Shown here piece after piece: positions 1 through 8,398 of a DNA stretch of 64,000 nucleotides. How positions within the stretch are numbered: position 1 is the first letter of the stretch; the number at the start of each line of letters is the position of its first letter. The notes beneath the pieces are model-generated. The model was not told the origin of the DNA, did no database searches, and saw only the letters and a program-made list of their open reading frames with translations. This stretch comes from Candidatus Poribacteria bacterium (GTDB lineage Bacteria; Poribacteria; WGA-4E; PCPOR2b), in assembly GCA_965215015.1 (NCBI GenBank), contig OZ244042.1, positions 3,168,001 to 3,232,000 on the forward strand, given 5' to 3'. Made by a program: the position numbers and the translations under genes.

Positions 1-1
1 T

Positions 2-370
2 GGAGGCCATCACGCATGGGATTTGAGGGGCGAGTGCGTGCACCTGTGCTAATTCATCTTCATCATATCCTGTCGTTGCGATGACCATTCGCTTTCCGGC
101 GTCCACGACGTTCTGGAGATGCTCGACGGTTGCACTCGGCGTTGTGAACTCAATCACAACATCTCCCTCATCCAGAATTTTAGGCAGATCACTGGTAACA
201 GGCACATCGATTATCCCAATTCCGGCCACTTCCCCCACATCTTGCCCGAGTTGCGGGTGTTCAGAGAATTCAATGGCACCGACAATCTGCATATCTTCTT
301 GTTGTGAAACACCTTGCGTAATCATCTTACCCATGCGCCCACAAGCACCATCAACAATAACACGAATCAT
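2..370 (-). CDS. dapB: 4-hydroxy-tetrahydrodipicolinate reductase (5' part; runs off window)
   Basis: Manual translation from ATG at 370: MIRVIVDGACGRMGKMITQGV...DVVIEFTTPSATVEHL...VIATTG, the DapB N-terminal NAD-binding domain; not in the ORF track because it is truncated. Confidence 0.92.
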   Translation of the reverse strand, partial: MIRVIVDGACGRMGKMITQGVSQQEDMQIVGAIEFSEHPQLGQDVGEVAGIGIIDVPVTSDLPKILDEGDVVIEFTTPSATVEHLQNVVDAGKRMVIATTGYDEDELAQVHALAPQIPCVMAS

Positions 371-464
371 ATGCTTTTCCTCTCTACAATTAGTATCCCT
401 CAATTTTCGGGCTTCTAGGTCCCATCTTATCGGAGATTGATGCGTTTCTTACACATTTATTCAT

Positions 465-1424
465 TTAGTCGTGGCGTCGCAACCAGAGACGCACATAGTG
501 CCGCCGACGTTCTGGATCGGGATAGTCCTCAAATGCGGTGCGGTTGTGCAGGACCCAGCGATTGTTGGTGAATAGCATCTGTCCGGGTTGTAGGTTGAAC
601 TCCACCCTGAAATCCGCACGGCGCAGCAACCCTTCCACAACTTCCAGTGCCCTTCTCTGATCAACGGTCAGTGATTTGCCAGCTTGCTCGTGCCCTACTT
701 GAATGTAGTAGTACAGGTATCGGACGGTCAGTTCGCCCACGCTCCACCGGAAAATCGGGAATTGAGAAGTGGGAGATTGCCTCGCTTTAAACTGTCCTCG
801 GCGATCAAAATAGAATAGCTGATAGAGGGTTTCGAGGACATCAGGGTGATTTTTCAGCAATTCATTGTGGAGCGCGTAGCCGCTGATCAGCTGACTCTGT
901 CCGCCAGATTTTGCCGGGTGCAGGCAGAGCAGACCTACAAGGTCAGGCAGCGGCTCGCCAAAGGAATTGTCGTTATGAAATGAGCTCTCGGCATTGGTCA
1001 CTGAAAACCGAGCCCCCTGCGCCACATTCTTGCCCGTATCTCGCACATCGTACAGTAGCGTTCCTTGAATGTTTTGCTCCATGGGAGTACCAAGGAACTG
1101 ACCAATCAGCCAGTACATCGACAGGACTTCTTCAACGCTATACTGTTCGACGGGCACCCGTTCGACAACAGCAAAACCACGCCCAGCATTGAGCGTATCA
1201 AGCACCGGTTGAAGGCATTCGCCGCAGCCATTGGACGATGCACTCAGACGGGAAATCTCTGTAATCGGGCGGGGATTATGCCGCGTGTCACCGATAAAGC
1301 GCTTCAAGCTATCGAGACAATCCTCGGACAGAGGATAGTGCCACGCTGCGGTATCATCAACGGTACTCGCCCGCCAAGCCCGTTCGTCCGAAATGCCATC
1401 GGTCAGCATCTGGGAACCATTCAT
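465..1424 (-). CDS. TauD/TfdA-family Fe(II)/2-oxoglutarate dioxygenase
   Basis: HxD motif (SFHND), distal His in NNRWVLHNRTAF, C-terminal RRHYVRLWL. Confidence 0.85.
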   Translation of the reverse strand: MNGSQMLTDGISDERAWRASTVDDTAAWHYPLSEDCLDSLKRFIGDTRHNPRPITEISRLSASSNGCGECLQPVLDTLNAGRGFAVVERVPVEQYSVEEVLSMYWLIGQFLGTPMEQNIQGTLLYDVRDTGKNVAQGARFSVTNAESSFHNDNSFGEPLPDLVGLLCLHPAKSGGQSQLISGYALHNELLKNHPDVLETLYQLFYFDRRGQFKARQSPTSQFPIFRWSVGELTVRYLYYYIQVGHEQAGKSLTVDQRRALEVVEGLLRRADFRVEFNLQPGQMLFTNNRWVLHNRTAFEDYPDPERRRHYVRLWLRRHD

Positions 1425-1454
1425 TTTTCGCGCCTCCTCACCCCAGATTCACCC

Positions 1455-2252
1455 CTACTCGCTATCCGCCCAAGCACCCTTCGCCATCATCCCACCATCG
1501 ACACAAACGTATTCTCCGGTGATGAAGGATGCTTTGTCACTGGCGAGGAACAGCACGACGTTGGCAATCTCTCTCGGTTGACCAATCCGGCCCATTGGGT
1601 GCGCCTTGCCCCACAGTTTTTTGAGACTTTCCAAGTCCCCTCCCATGAAGTCCACAGCCTCCGCTACCAATGGTGTGTCAATCGTTCCGGGATTGACTGC
1701 CAACACCCGAATATTGTCCTCGGCGTACTCTAGCGCGAGCTGACGAGTCAGGGAGAGCGCACCACCCTTACTGGCTGCATAAGCCGACACGCCTTGCATC
1801 GACTGTAATCCTTGGACGCTGGCGGTATTGATAATAACGCCGCCCCCGCGTTTCTTCATCTCTGGCACACAGTATTTGGTCATGAGGAAGAAACTTTTGA
1901 GATTCACATCAATGATTCGATCCCACATCTCCTCCGGAAATTCATGGGCGGGCAGGTAGCTATTCGCAGGTTGGATGCCGACGTTGTTGCAGAGGACATC
2001 CAACCCACCCCATTCTGACACCGCTGTCTCAACGGCCTCTTGGCATTCGCTGCTGTAGGCAACATCTGCCTTCAGGAAACGAACGGTTCCTTCCATGCTT
2101 GAGGATTCCTCTACGAGTTGTGCCCCTGAGTGTTCGTCCAAGTCCGCGCAGAGAACGCGAGCACCTTCTTCGGCGAAAGCCCGGCTGATACCTCCGCCGA
2201 TACCTCTAGCACCGCCGGTGACAATTACAACCTTATCTTTGAAATCTAGCAT
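1455..2252 (-). CDS. Short-chain dehydrogenase/reductase (SDR)
   Basis: TGGARGIG, NNVG, catalytic YAASK, PGTIDT. Confidence 0.92.
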   Translation of the reverse strand: MLDFKDKVVIVTGGARGIGGGISRAFAEEGARVLCADLDEHSGAQLVEESSSMEGTVRFLKADVAYSSECQEAVETAVSEWGGLDVLCNNVGIQPANSYLPAHEFPEEMWDRIIDVNLKSFFLMTKYCVPEMKKRGGGVIINTASVQGLQSMQGVSAYAASKGGALSLTRQLALEYAEDNIRVLAVNPGTIDTPLVAEAVDFMGGDLESLKKLWGKAHPMGRIGQPREIANVVLFLASDKASFITGEYVCVDGGMMAKGAWADSE

Positions 2253-2336
2253 GATGATATTTCTCCTTTTGTGCCCCAGTGACAGTGTTGAACATTCGCA
2301 GGATTAGATTGTTATTCAGAATAATCATATATTCTT

Positions 2337-2825
2337 ACGCGAGTTGCTAGTAATACGTAGGTTAGAAAACCCCAATTTCATTGAGGGTAGGCTCTACGTC
2401 ACGTTGGCCCATTAAGGTCGGGCAAGATGCCCAACCTACGGGGGTGATGCGTTTTAATATACATATCGTCCGGAAAATACCCGGTGTATTGCGCTACCAT
2501 GTCTGGTGAATTGAACCTAGAGCTATCGCGCGATGTTATTGGTATTTTCGAGATTCAAAGTAACTGGGGCTATGTTGATTTATCGGTTCATCGGTGTAAT
2601 TAATTGAACTTTTGCACGAATGAACTCTTGAACTTGATGGGTTTATGGAAGGGAGGTAGTAGGCATACCTACTACCTTAAACTCCCCCATTTTCCACATG
2701 GAATTGGGGGTTATGGTATACGGAGCCCCGATAAGATCGGTTCCGCTCCGAGGACTCCAATAAATCGGAGGCATCCCGATTTGTTGGGAGATTCAAACAA
2801 TATGCCTACGCCTAGCAACTCGGAT
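2337..2825. mobile_element. Non-autonomous element shell with ACNNRAGTTGCTAG-type inverted ends, filled with REP-like palindromes
   Basis: acgcgagttgctag (2337-2350) and ctagcaactcggat (2812-2825) are inverted; both 9-nt flanks begin TATATT; no credible ORF inside. Confidence 0.5.
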
Positions 2826-2848
2826 TATATTATACACTATACAACAAT

Positions 2849-3826
2849 TTACACAAATTTTTCTTTGATTTCCTCCTGCAATAGGTCATCCACATTCGCA
2901 CCTGAAGCGATTAGACAGACTGTCTTATTTTTTAGAGCATCGCGCATTTTCAATGCTGCGGCTAAAGGTGCGGCCCCAGCACCTTCGGGCAGGTGCCCGG
3001 TATGATTATAAAAGGCACCCATAGCCTCTTTCAAATCTGTTTCAGAAACTATGTGCATCCCATCAACAACCGCTAGCATTAGATCCACCGCCTCTGGAAT
3101 TGATACCCGTACCGCCATGCCGGTGGCAAAGGTGTCGCAACTGTCCGTATCCACAGCGCGCCGCGCCTGAAACGACAACACCATACAAGGTGCCAAATCG
3201 GATTGGACACCGAGGACCTGGATTGATGGGTTGAATTCTTTGAATGCCGTCCCAATTCCACCAATCAATGCGCCATTCCCAACCGGCACAATAACGACCT
3301 CCACGTTGGGTAGTTCCTGAACGATTTCCCACCCGATCGTGGAAGTCCCGGCGACTATTTCGGGGGACGAACCATCTTCAATAAAGACGGTATCCGGTGA
3401 GAGCGGACGTTGTTGGAGCAGTTCCTTGGTTTCGTCCAAATCTCGACCTATTATTTCTAACTCCCCGCCAAATTGACGAATCAATTCAAGTTTGCTCTGA
3501 TCGCAGTTGATGGGCACACCAACGGTGAGCGGAAGGTTGTATTCCCGACACGCGAACGCCATGGCGGCGCCGTGGTTCCCTGTAGAAACGGTAATAACTC
3601 GCGACACCTCTTTGCCGTTCACAAGCGCGTGGGCAAGATTTAACGCTCCCCGAATCTTGAAGGATCTGACGGGATTCAGGAGTTCATACTTGACAAACAC
3701 GTTGGCGTTTAGGAACGCGCTGAAGGCCCCTTCTTCCTTCAAAGGGGTGGGTTCAACGTGCTGGCCAATAACGCGAGCAGCAGCGATTGTATCCGTATGG
3801 GCGGGACGGAGTTTGGTTTCAGACAT
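2849..3826 (-). CDS. PLP-dependent threonine/serine dehydratase-family enzyme (no ACT domain)
   Basis: SFKIRG PLP lysine, STGNHG, VPVGNGALIGG, SGAN. Confidence 0.88.
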   Translation of the reverse strand: MSETKLRPAHTDTIAAARVIGQHVEPTPLKEEGAFSAFLNANVFVKYELLNPVRSFKIRGALNLAHALVNGKEVSRVITVSTGNHGAAMAFACREYNLPLTVGVPINCDQSKLELIRQFGGELEIIGRDLDETKELLQQRPLSPDTVFIEDGSSPEIVAGTSTIGWEIVQELPNVEVVIVPVGNGALIGGIGTAFKEFNPSIQVLGVQSDLAPCMVLSFQARRAVDTDSCDTFATGMAVRVSIPEAVDLMLAVVDGMHIVSETDLKEAMGAFYNHTGHLPEGAGAAPLAAALKMRDALKNKTVCLIASGANVDDLLQEEIKEKFV

Positions 3827-3878
3827 AGTTAATGATTTCCTTCCAGATGTTTGTATATCGCTGCGCTCAATAACCTCA

Positions 3879-6272
3879 TTAAAAACTAGAATACCACATC
3901 CAATCGAATCGAACTCCCCGCTCAGATTCCAAGGGCTTGGATAAGTTAAATCTGAGAGGGGACTCCTGCCCTAACTGTAATCCCATGCCGACGCTCGTCT
4001 TCGGGTCAAAGTGGTACGGCTTGTCAGATATATCCCAGACTTGCCCTTGATCAAGAAACAATATGACAAATGCTTTCATGTTGTTTAACCACTCCCAGCT
4101 GTATGGATTAGGCAGGCAGTAGAAATATTCCAAATTGAGTAGGGAGACGTGATCACCTGCAAACGCATACAGTGGATAGCCGCTAAGCGTTCCTCTGCCT
4201 CCAATAATAAATTGGCGTTGAATTGGCAGTGCACTTGTGGCAGTGCCCAACACCAACCGTGTGCGGATAAGATTGTCCCCTCTTGAGGCAGCATATCGCA
4301 GCTGTAATTGGAATCGCGTAAAATCAAAATCGGAACCGACAGTGGGGTTGCTGTGTTCAATGAGCAGGGTATTGTGCCAACCGAGGTTCCTGTTTCGCCG
4401 CGTGTTTAAATCGTATCCCAATGTGACACTTCGCAGCCGGCCGGGGGTTATTGGTGGGTTGTCTTCCGCCTCCGATTTTGAACCCCAGTTACCGAGTTGC
4501 CAATCCGTAGTTTTTTGTAGACTCTCATGTGATTCTGCACGCATCGTCAACTTGAGCGCATGAGTTGGCCCTACCGGCTCCCATCGGAACGCCATCTCGA
4601 CACCTTCGCTCAAATAGTAGTTATGAAATCCAAGTGCCAAAAAAGCATCTGACACACCGTCATAGTGCGGGAAGAGTTCAGGGGCAATGGCAGCTGTAAC
4701 GCGATGGATTTGAGCGGAGCCCCCCAGACTCGATATGTCCGGTTGACCCCAAATCATATCCCCGCCCACCCGATAATTGAGATATTGATTTCCGAACCCA
4801 TAGCCGACCTCGCCAAAGAGTTTTGAAAGATGTGCTCTAACGGAACTGGGGACGTTCCACATCCAGAGGGGGCCTATCTGCCCCCGTTTTCCCACTTCAA
4901 GGTGAGCACCAAGCAGCCAACCGGTAACACGATTAAACCTAACAAGCGGAGCCGGATGGAAATAATAGTCGGAAGAGAGCGTTTTTTCCACAACAGTAAT
5001 TACTGCAACGCGCCTCGTGCCATCATTCTCAAACTGTAGGGAAACCCGACTAAAGTAGGGCAGGGCGTTTCTCAAATTGTCAATCGCTTGTTGGATATCC
5101 TCAGGTCCGTTTTCAAGGACAGCTTGAATCTCCGCTTCACTGATTTTCTGATTGCCTTGAATCCGGACTTCGTGAATCGGATCCCTCGCGGCAGTCCAAA
5201 GCCCCGTGGATGAAGAGGTCCGCAAATGTCTCTTATCCGGTTGAGCTATGACGATAATTGTTGCGATACGTCTCGTGTCGCCCCCCTTAATTTCTACGAC
5301 GACCCGATTTAAGTCAGGCAAGGGCAAGTTGGCAATCGCTTTTACGATATCCTCAGGTCCGTTTTCAAGGACAGCTTGAATCTCCGCTTCACTGATTTTT
5401 TGATTGCCTTGAATCCGGATTTCGTGAATCGGTTTACCCTCAGAAGTCCGAAACCGTGTTGGGGTAGCTTGTTCCTGTGTGATTCCATCGAGGGGCGTCA
5501 TTGATGTAGTTGATGAACTTCCCGTATCCGGCTGCGCTGTGACAACAATTGTTGCGACGCTTTTGCTACCTTCTGTATCAATCCGGACCGTTAGCGTCTG
5601 AATATCCGGAAGCCTGCTACGCAAGGTTGCCATAGCCGCGATGAGCTCATCCGGACCTTCCTCAAGCACTGTTCTGATTTGCGGTTCAATGGTTGTCTGA
5701 TTCGCTTGAATTTGTACCTCATGAATCGGGGCGCCTTCGGGCATCCGAAGCAAGGTTGAAGTAGATGTGCTACTGCGCCGTGCGTCGAATGTGCTCAGTT
5801 CAGGTATATCAATGCCAGCTTGATTCAGATTACCTACGAGCTCGCTGACCTGTTTTGGCGCGAGCCAACCGTCTATATTTATGAGATATACCGTCTTTCT
5901 GTTTTTGACAATTATAAAAATACCGATAACGGTTTCGCTTTGCGTGAGGGTATATAGATAACAGTTCGCGCTTTTTTCTAACGCGCTCCACCCTTGTATT
6001 TTCAAGTTCGTTCCGTAATAATCGAGCATCTTGCCAAAATGACGAGCCTTGTAGGTGCGGAGATGTAGGTGATTCAGCGTGCTGAATAGCGAAACGGTAT
6101 CGGCGTCCATGTCTTCCATAACCAATGCAACGGTACTGCGGTCTAAATCAAATCGAAACTCGACAAAGGGCTCGTGGGGATAATCAAACGGGACAAGACC
6201 ACTTTGTGATTGTGCATTTGCCGCGCTACTAAGTATGAGGAGCGAAAGGGAGAGAAGCGTGAAGGGTCTCAT
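3879..6272 (-). CDS. Omp85/BamA-TamA-superfamily outer-membrane protein with extra N-terminal domain and repeated POTRA-like units
   Basis: Signal peptide; three PIHE(V/I)xIQxNQ repeats; barrel-type C-terminus (GSDFDFTRFQ, FIIGGRGTLSGY, FLDQGQVW, terminal Phe). Confidence 0.7.
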   Translation of the reverse strand: MRPFTLLSLSLLILSSAANAQSQSGLVPFDYPHEPFVEFRFDLDRSTVALVMEDMDADTVSLFSTLNHLHLRTYKARHFGKMLDYYGTNLKIQGWSALEKSANCYLYTLTQSETVIGIFIIVKNRKTVYLINIDGWLAPKQVSELVGNLNQAGIDIPELSTFDARRSSTSTSTLLRMPEGAPIHEVQIQANQTTIEPQIRTVLEEGPDELIAAMATLRSRLPDIQTLTVRIDTEGSKSVATIVVTAQPDTGSSSTTSMTPLDGITQEQATPTRFRTSEGKPIHEIRIQGNQKISEAEIQAVLENGPEDIVKAIANLPLPDLNRVVVEIKGGDTRRIATIIVIAQPDKRHLRTSSSTGLWTAARDPIHEVRIQGNQKISEAEIQAVLENGPEDIQQAIDNLRNALPYFSRVSLQFENDGTRRVAVITVVEKTLSSDYYFHPAPLVRFNRVTGWLLGAHLEVGKRGQIGPLWMWNVPSSVRAHLSKLFGEVGYGFGNQYLNYRVGGDMIWGQPDISSLGGSAQIHRVTAAIAPELFPHYDGVSDAFLALGFHNYYLSEGVEMAFRWEPVGPTHALKLTMRAESHESLQKTTDWQLGNWGSKSEAEDNPPITPGRLRSVTLGYDLNTRRNRNLGWHNTLLIEHSNPTVGSDFDFTRFQLQLRYAASRGDNLIRTRLVLGTATSALPIQRQFIIGGRGTLSGYPLYAFAGDHVSLLNLEYFYCLPNPYSWEWLNNMKAFVILFLDQGQVWDISDKPYHFDPKTSVGMGLQLGQESPLRFNLSKPLESERGVRFDWMWYSSF
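5094..5432. repeat. 87-bp direct repeat inside the Omp85-type gene (5094-5180 and 5346-5432)
   Basis: Two copies differing at 2 positions by eye, offset 252 nt (84 codons). Confidence 0.9.
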
Positions 6273-6416
6273 CTACAATCTCCTGGGTGCTATTAGGCAA
6301 GTTAAAAAGGTGAACGCAGCCACTGTCTCTCTTTCCTACTACGTCCTCCGCATCGTTATTCGCCGGTTTCAGCCATTGAAAACGATGCGAAGGAAATATT
6401 GGATTTGTAAATGGTA

Positions 6417-7832
6417 TCAGTTATTCAAAAACTGTTTCGCCCTTTCATATACCTCTTGAGCTTTCCCATACGAGATGGCTGCGGCTTTTGCTGCGGCAAC
6501 CAAGTGGCGCAAACGGAGTGGAGGGCGGGTTGTGTGGAACTCTTCAACCGTTGCCTGATGGTGCTTCAACGCGTGCATCTCTGTCGCGTTATCCCGGCAG
6601 ACAATTTCGGTGAGGCGGGTGATTAATGCTTGCGGCCTATGTTCTAACTCTCCATACTTTGCCGTTAGCGTTGCTGCAGCGTCAACGTCATTGGCAGCGA
6701 TGGATTCCTCGATGGTAGACAACAGTTTGCCTTGGGATTGCTGGGGAATTGCAGCCACAGCGTCGGGAGAAGGATAAGGTTCGGCATCAATACGTTCTTT
6801 CGCATTTCTGACCTCAGGTCCCGAATTCCATAGCAGGAGGGCTAATATCTTATTTTCCTTACAGAGACCGTTGACCCGCAGGGTATGACGCCTCGCATTG
6901 ACGCCGGTGTGCATGTGGACATCCATCGGATTGCTAGTATCCAAGCGCAAGAAAAGGTCCGAGGCAGCGAGCGAAAGTGCTTCACCGGCTCCCTCTAAGG
7001 AAAGCCCGTCCGCAAGTGCTTGGGCAGTCGTTTCAGGGATGTCAGCGAAGGCGCAGTCATTCAACCCTGCACGCAATTGAACGATAGCTTCGGTTTCATC
7101 GGCTCCTGTCGTTTGGCGCAGCGGGGTGGAAAGTAGTTGATATTTCTCAATCAACTCGGTAATTTCTTTCACAGGTTTCGCTGAAGGCGGCTGTGAGATA
7201 TAGCGTACGGGCCCACGGGTGAGCACCTGAAGGTATTCCCAGTCGAGCCATTCGAGTAGCCGCCAAGTATAGATTGGATAGATGAATTTATGGTCATCCA
7301 TCAGGTTCTTTGGAGTGGCAACCGTCAGCAGTATATCCAATGCTTCTTCGTGCGGCACGTTTTGAACGAGCCACAGAAAGTGATGGTCAGCGTCGTTGAC
7401 AGAACCACGCCGCACCGCGTCAAAGAACGCCTGTTTGGTCCCCTCAACGCCACCGGCATTAAGCGGTTCAAATGCTGGCAACAGATAGGGGCCCATAGAG
7501 GGATGATGGATATGCTTATTGGCTAAAGAGACGTTTTGCACCACGGGTAGAAAACGATTGTCTCCAGAAAGCCTTGAGGCTATCTCTTTCACCGCATGTA
7601 TCCCAGAAACGGGATGCATGTGTCCGCCGTGATGACCCCACTGCCCGTTCACAAAGAAAGGCATCTCCGATGAACGGACGACAGCCAGCGCAGAGGCGGT
7701 ACACATCTCCTTTATCGAAACCCCAGCGTGGAGTTTTTCTATCGTCTTTTCCACAATGTCTTCAGGCGCAGTTTCCTCTATAAATTGCACCTGAGGTTCT
7801 ATAGTATCGGGATATTGGACACTCGCGTACAT
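6417..7832 (-). CDS. Hypothetical helical protein with spaced His motifs
   Basis: 471-aa ORF with strong RBS (AAGGAGG); His motifs GHHGGHMHP, DDHKF, MDVHMH, EMHALKH. Confidence 0.75.
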   Translation of the reverse strand: MYASVQYPDTIEPQVQFIEETAPEDIVEKTIEKLHAGVSIKEMCTASALAVVRSSEMPFFVNGQWGHHGGHMHPVSGIHAVKEIASRLSGDNRFLPVVQNVSLANKHIHHPSMGPYLLPAFEPLNAGGVEGTKQAFFDAVRRGSVNDADHHFLWLVQNVPHEEALDILLTVATPKNLMDDHKFIYPIYTWRLLEWLDWEYLQVLTRGPVRYISQPPSAKPVKEITELIEKYQLLSTPLRQTTGADETEAIVQLRAGLNDCAFADIPETTAQALADGLSLEGAGEALSLAASDLFLRLDTSNPMDVHMHTGVNARRHTLRVNGLCKENKILALLLWNSGPEVRNAKERIDAEPYPSPDAVAAIPQQSQGKLLSTIEESIAANDVDAAATLTAKYGELEHRPQALITRLTEIVCRDNATEMHALKHHQATVEEFHTTRPPLRLRHLVAAAKAAAISYGKAQEVYERAKQFLNN

Positions 7833-8086
7833 AACAGACCTCCTTTTGGAGTTCTAGATGAGACGATTCACACCGTACGATTTCCAATAGGTTCATTATG
7901 AAACTGAGACGCTATAGATGCTATCACAATATGGAACAGAAGGCAATAGAAATATGCGAGCAAAGATTTCCAGCCCGATTAAGACAGAATAATCGCAAAC
8001 AGTAGCGTGAATGTCGCTCGAGGTAACATCTATCCTCTCCTTTTAATCTTGCGGATTTAATCTGTGGAATCCTTTAATCCGTTTAA

Positions 8087-8270
8087 TCAGCGATCGACTT
8101 TCAACTGTCCCCACCAAATCAGTTCGCGATGGCGCGGATTGACAGCAGTTGGCTTCCGCTCCCTACAACACCAATCCGGGGAAAATCTATTGCCTTCATG
8201 GAGCTGGGTTAACCGGACCACTTCTTGTGAAGCGACCGTGATGCGATAGAGGTAGATTTCTGCCGCCTTC
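8087..8270 (-). pseudogene. 3' relic of a TolB/PD40-like exported protein with WGxLK tail
   Basis: Manual translation KAAEIYLYRITVASQEVVRLTQLHEGNRFSPDW...TAVNPRHRELIWWGQLKVDR*; no start or upstream part recognised. Confidence 0.6.
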
Positions 8271-8398
8271 TGCCGTCGAGGGAAACATGAGGTTGATGTT
8301 GAGCTGGTCTCGCATTTCCCAAGAAGCGTTTGATGTAGTGGGTGTAACTACAGTTGTCCCCGGCACTTCTGCTAATCCTATCTCAATGTTAGGAGACG

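Noticed and set aside
81-440. Plus-strand ORFs here and the many short ORFs antisense to or overlapping long genes
   Set aside because: They are shadows of well-supported genes (here dapB on the minus strand)
5094-5432. DGR-like repeat pair within the Omp85-type gene
   Set aside because: In-frame domain duplication with only two substitutions; no RT nearby
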